From Klebsormidium nitens (lineage: Eukaryota > Plantae > Klebsormidiophyceae): a DNA stretch of 64,000 nt. Shown here one piece after another: positions 60,372 through 64,000 of this stretch (within the stretch, counting starts at the first letter, position 1; every line of letters starts with the position of its first letter). The notes beneath the pieces are model-generated. The model was not told where the DNA came from. It made no database searches and saw nothing but the letters and a program-made list of their open reading frames with translations. The translations under genes and the position numbers were made by a program. The DNA is taken from NCBI GenBank assembly GCA_000708835.1, contig DF237169.1, positions 62,001-126,000 on the forward strand, given 5' to 3'.

Positions 60372-61806
60372 CCTGCCGCTCCTAGAGTGGCAGAGGATGA
60401 AGTTTTTAAACAAGCTTTACTGGGTTTGAAGCAGAGAAATTATAAAGAACTGGCGTAAAGCTGTTTGGTTCGTAGATGGTCTGGGCGCCAATTCAGGCAA
60501 AGAGTACAGTGGCTACCAGACTGATTGACTTGTAGAATGTATCATGGTGGCCGATGAGTGTCAAGTATCTAGAGTTCTCCTTGCCTGTAGCAACCTCATG
60601 ATGGCTAGATTCGCGCTCCCGGTTACCAGCTAGCCTACTTTGGTCTCACATCGTGCTGTCTGATCTGGTCCGAAGCGGCCGTTTTCCCACATGAGATCGT
60701 CCTTGTAAACAGCTCCTGTCGTACAGAAAGGGGAGTTTTCCAGCCTGGTTGATGCGCGGTGATGTCCTTTTTACAGCTCCGCTTGCGTGCGGTTCATCGA
60801 CAACGGAAGCGGCAACCAAATCACTCTTAGCATGTGCTGGGGATTATACAGAACCCGGTATAATGGACATGCCAGCTGTATGACGCGATCCCTACCTAGA
60901 GAAATTCAGAAATTGGCCGCGGCCGACTCAATTCCTTCCAAGCACAGAACACTCGTCCATCACGCGCTCATAATACTTCTCGCAGGCTTCCGACTGCACA
61001 TGCATTCACACGAATTCCGAGGCTCGCTCGACACTGACTCGGATTCGTCCCTGCATTAGGAAACCGTTCGCATTCACGATCCGCGTCCCGGGAGCTGTTG
61101 CTTGTGATTGACCACCTGTGATAGAACGGACATCCGCCGCTCCCTTCAGTATACGGGACGACTAGCGGGAATCGCATGCATATTTGATCCAAGCTGTAGC
61201 TGGCAACGACTGCACAGAGTCTCTTATATCTTGACTATATATGCACGGAAGCTCGGACGGCTTGCTGTAAGGCGGCCGCCGGAGACGCATCCAAAACATG
61301 CTTCCACTAATCCAACATGCGTTGTGCAAGCAGAAAGAAGGGTGCGCGTAAAGACGGTGAACCATGTGTACGGCTTGCTCAACAAAGTATTCCGCCTTAC
61401 TGTGTGGTATACTGGCCATGACAGAAGCAATCATACGAGAATCTGAGCCACGTCGCTCTTTACAAAACCCAATTACTGTAACTACGCTGTCCAACTGTAC
61501 AGAAGTTGCCCTAACTTTCAGAACATGGTTTGAGATAAGCCAATTACTTTGTTAAAATAAACAGCCAAGCGAATCTCCTGAACACCAGATTGCCCGTCCT
61601 AACGTTCTTCGTACACAATAATAAGTCAACAAACTGAGAGATGCTTACTTTCTCTGCTGAGAACGTTTTGCAAGGGATATCTATAAACTTCGCCATACTA
61701 GAGTACAACGTTAATTACAAGGGCTCAGCTAAGCTGGGAAGCGAAGCCCTCTGTGGAACTCCAACTTCGAGCCCGTTGCCAATTGCCTAAATGCCTCTGA
61801 TTTTTT

Positions 61807-63897
61807 TCACAGAAAAAAATCAGCTTCAATCTCCAGATCTTGGTTCCAGTTGCGGACCAGGTCGCGCGCCATGTCGAACGGCGACCAGGGCTGATCCACC
61901 TGCAATTGCAAATACGCGGCCCACTTTAGCCGGAGGGACGTACGTTGCGTCACTTGTTGCTGTCTTGGCAGCTTGCCATCGAAAAGGTAACTAAACCGTT
62001 GAAGCGTCAGAAGCAGCAGGCGAATCAATCGCAAGTTTTATCTCGTCTGACATTGTGATAAGCTGTCGGGACGACTTCCCTCGGAACGGAGTCAAAAGCA
62101 CGAAGAGCCCTCTCGAGTCCTGCCCTTTCCCTTTCGAGTCTCAATCTTTGCAGCCATATTGTGACCCGATCTGGCGACTGGCAACATCCTGGGCCCACTG
62201 CTCATGCCGACACTCACCATTGAATCACCTTGAGGTCGTCCACTGAGCTCGTTTCGCAAACAGAGGCGACCGGTCGGTCCTTCTGCACACTCGCGGGCTG
62301 CTTTCCGTCGTTCCGCTTGGTCGCCTTCCGCTCGGTCCTGTCCCTGCTGACGAGGGAATGGCAACGTTCCCTGCCCTGGCGAACAAGCAGAGACAGCAGA
62401 TATGAAAATCAGCCTCGCCACAGCACATGTTCCAATCTGTGTCCACTTCTGCAAGTCAAGGATGATGGTGAGCGAGAACAAGACCCCATGCGCGTTGTCT
62501 GTAGACTGAAGGGCGGGCTGATAGAGCGATTAGTCTCCCACCCTGGACATTCAGGACACGGCAGAAAAGTCAAGAGGTGAAGCAGACGAAAAGCGGCGTC
62601 GCAACGGACAGGAAAGCAAGTAAGGACGTTGCCCACCCTTCGTCTACTTGATATCATAGTCCGCCAAAACTATGTTGATTAGTTCCTGTTCCGACATTGT
62701 CACAGTGAAGCCCACCGGAATGACGCCCTTTTCTCCTTCGTATAAGATTGTAAGCCATTCGAGTACGACTACCTACATCCGAGAATCATAGACCAGGCTT
62801 GGAAACTCAAAAACCTGAGGACAAGTCGGAGGCCTCAGGTTCGCCGAAGGCTGCACTAAGCGCACTTCACAAAAGAAAGCTGCAACTTGTGAGTTCTACC
62901 CCCACCTTCCTCAAACATAGGCCATGTTAAAATTCTGTCTTTGTGGTACCGAACGGCACAGCAAGCCCCAAATGTTTTGAGATCTTGACGGCCAGGATCG
63001 CGTGGGCCCCAAAAAGACTCACAGCAATAAGGGCGGAACGTTCCCTTCAGGGATTTAGGATACATTCAGATCTAGAGGCACCAGAGATTGCGAGTTGCTT
63101 CAATTGATCGACTCACGTGATTGGTCCTCAGACGGGGCTGTACCGTCAGAGCCGGAAAAAAAGCTTTGCGGTGGCTTTCAACACGTCTCGTCCGTCGTAA
63201 ACTTGCAATAATTGAAGCAGATTCTTGACCATCAAGGAACCTCAAGCTGGCCACGTGCTCAAAGATGGAATCCACTATTTTTTTAAAAGCTCCGGGGCTA
63301 CTCACTCTCCTTGGCCTTCCCCCCCGCACCAGCCTCGTCCTTGTTCATCCCTGCCTCACCGGGCCCCTGCGAATCGGCCAGCTCGAACAGCGTTTGCTCG
63401 TCCCCTCCCAACCGCCTGCGTTTCACTCCCCTCTGGTCTAAGCGACCACCCTCGGCTCCGGCCCCCTCGGATCCGAACGCCCGGGCAAACGCCTCATCGT
63501 CCCCGTTCTCCAGGCTGCCAGAGGGGTTTCCCTTGGGGTCCGGCTGCCGCCCCTGGGCGTCCTTGAGAGCGGGCTCCAAGTTTGCCGCCACCGTGCAGAA
63601 GCGGCGCAGACTCGATTCGTGCCTCGAACTCTCATCGGAACACCGAGTGAGGCACCGCTCGAGGGCTTCCGGGATTTCGTCGTGGTGACGGCACACGAGC
63701 GCTTCGATCACGGAACGAAGCTCACTCTTGGACAGCTGTTGCATGCGGCCTCGATACTTCCCTGCTCGGTACTCCTCGGGACTGCAGCCGTTCCCGCAAG
63801 GAACGTCAAAGACGGGGAACCAGTCGGGGACCTGTACCAGGGGTGCGCAGAAATGCTGCTCAGAGTTCCACACGTTGTCTTCGTCTTTACTGACCAT
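61807..63897 (-). CDS. Hypothetical protein, possibly 5'-incomplete at the window edge
   Basis: GC3-rich 210-aa ORF 63298-63930 with a strong GTGAGT donor at ~63305. Candidate downstream exons at ~62232-62372 and 61807-61899 (VDQPWSPFDMARDLVRNWNQDLEIEADFFL*). Phase linkage not fully resolved. Confidence 0.55.
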
Positions 63898-64000
63898 TTC
63901 CGATGATTGAGGTGCTTCAGAAGAAGTCACTAGGATGCAGAAAACCTTGCTGACGGCCTTTGTGCAATTCTGGCACCCCCGCTTGAAGTGCCAGAATCCG

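Noticed and set aside
60643-60693. USE-like GTCTCACATCG and TTCCCACATG
   Set aside because: No TATA box at 23-35 bp and no recognisable snRNA downstream.

Overview
Eukaryotic, intron-rich nuclear DNA with GC3-rich exons and GT-AG introns. Gene content (HCF164, plant-type GBA2, NST1-like protein) suggests a streptophyte green alga, probably Klebsormidium-like; this is inference. I reconstructed exon chains by hand for nine protein-coding genes. (1) + strand plant 'stress response NST1-like' protein, 698-8624. (2) - strand protein with an RVxF-type motif and C-terminal CaaX, 10042-~11650. (3) - strand non-lysosomal glucosylceramidase GBA2/GH116, 13065-28160. (4) + strand type-I membrane protein with three pentraxin/LamG-like lectin domains, 28969-40631. 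(5) - strand single-domain rhodanese with a transit peptide and His-rich tract, 41516-44480. (6) Very large low-complexity nuclear-type protein, ~46.5-53.0 kb. (7) HCF164 thioredoxin-like protein, 54567-57008. (8) MYND zinc-finger protein, 58217-~60371. (9) - strand hypothetical protein at the right edge. The ORF track does not show a complete U1 snRNA gene with its own TATA box, nested on the same strand inside a GBA2 intron (16990-17151). Several splice junctions have been locally duplicated, leaving decoy splice sites. There is also a ~117-bp intronic minisatellite and palindrome-dense intergenic DNA. No CRISPR array, tRNA, rRNA or recognisable transposase was found. Exon boundaries are manual predictions.
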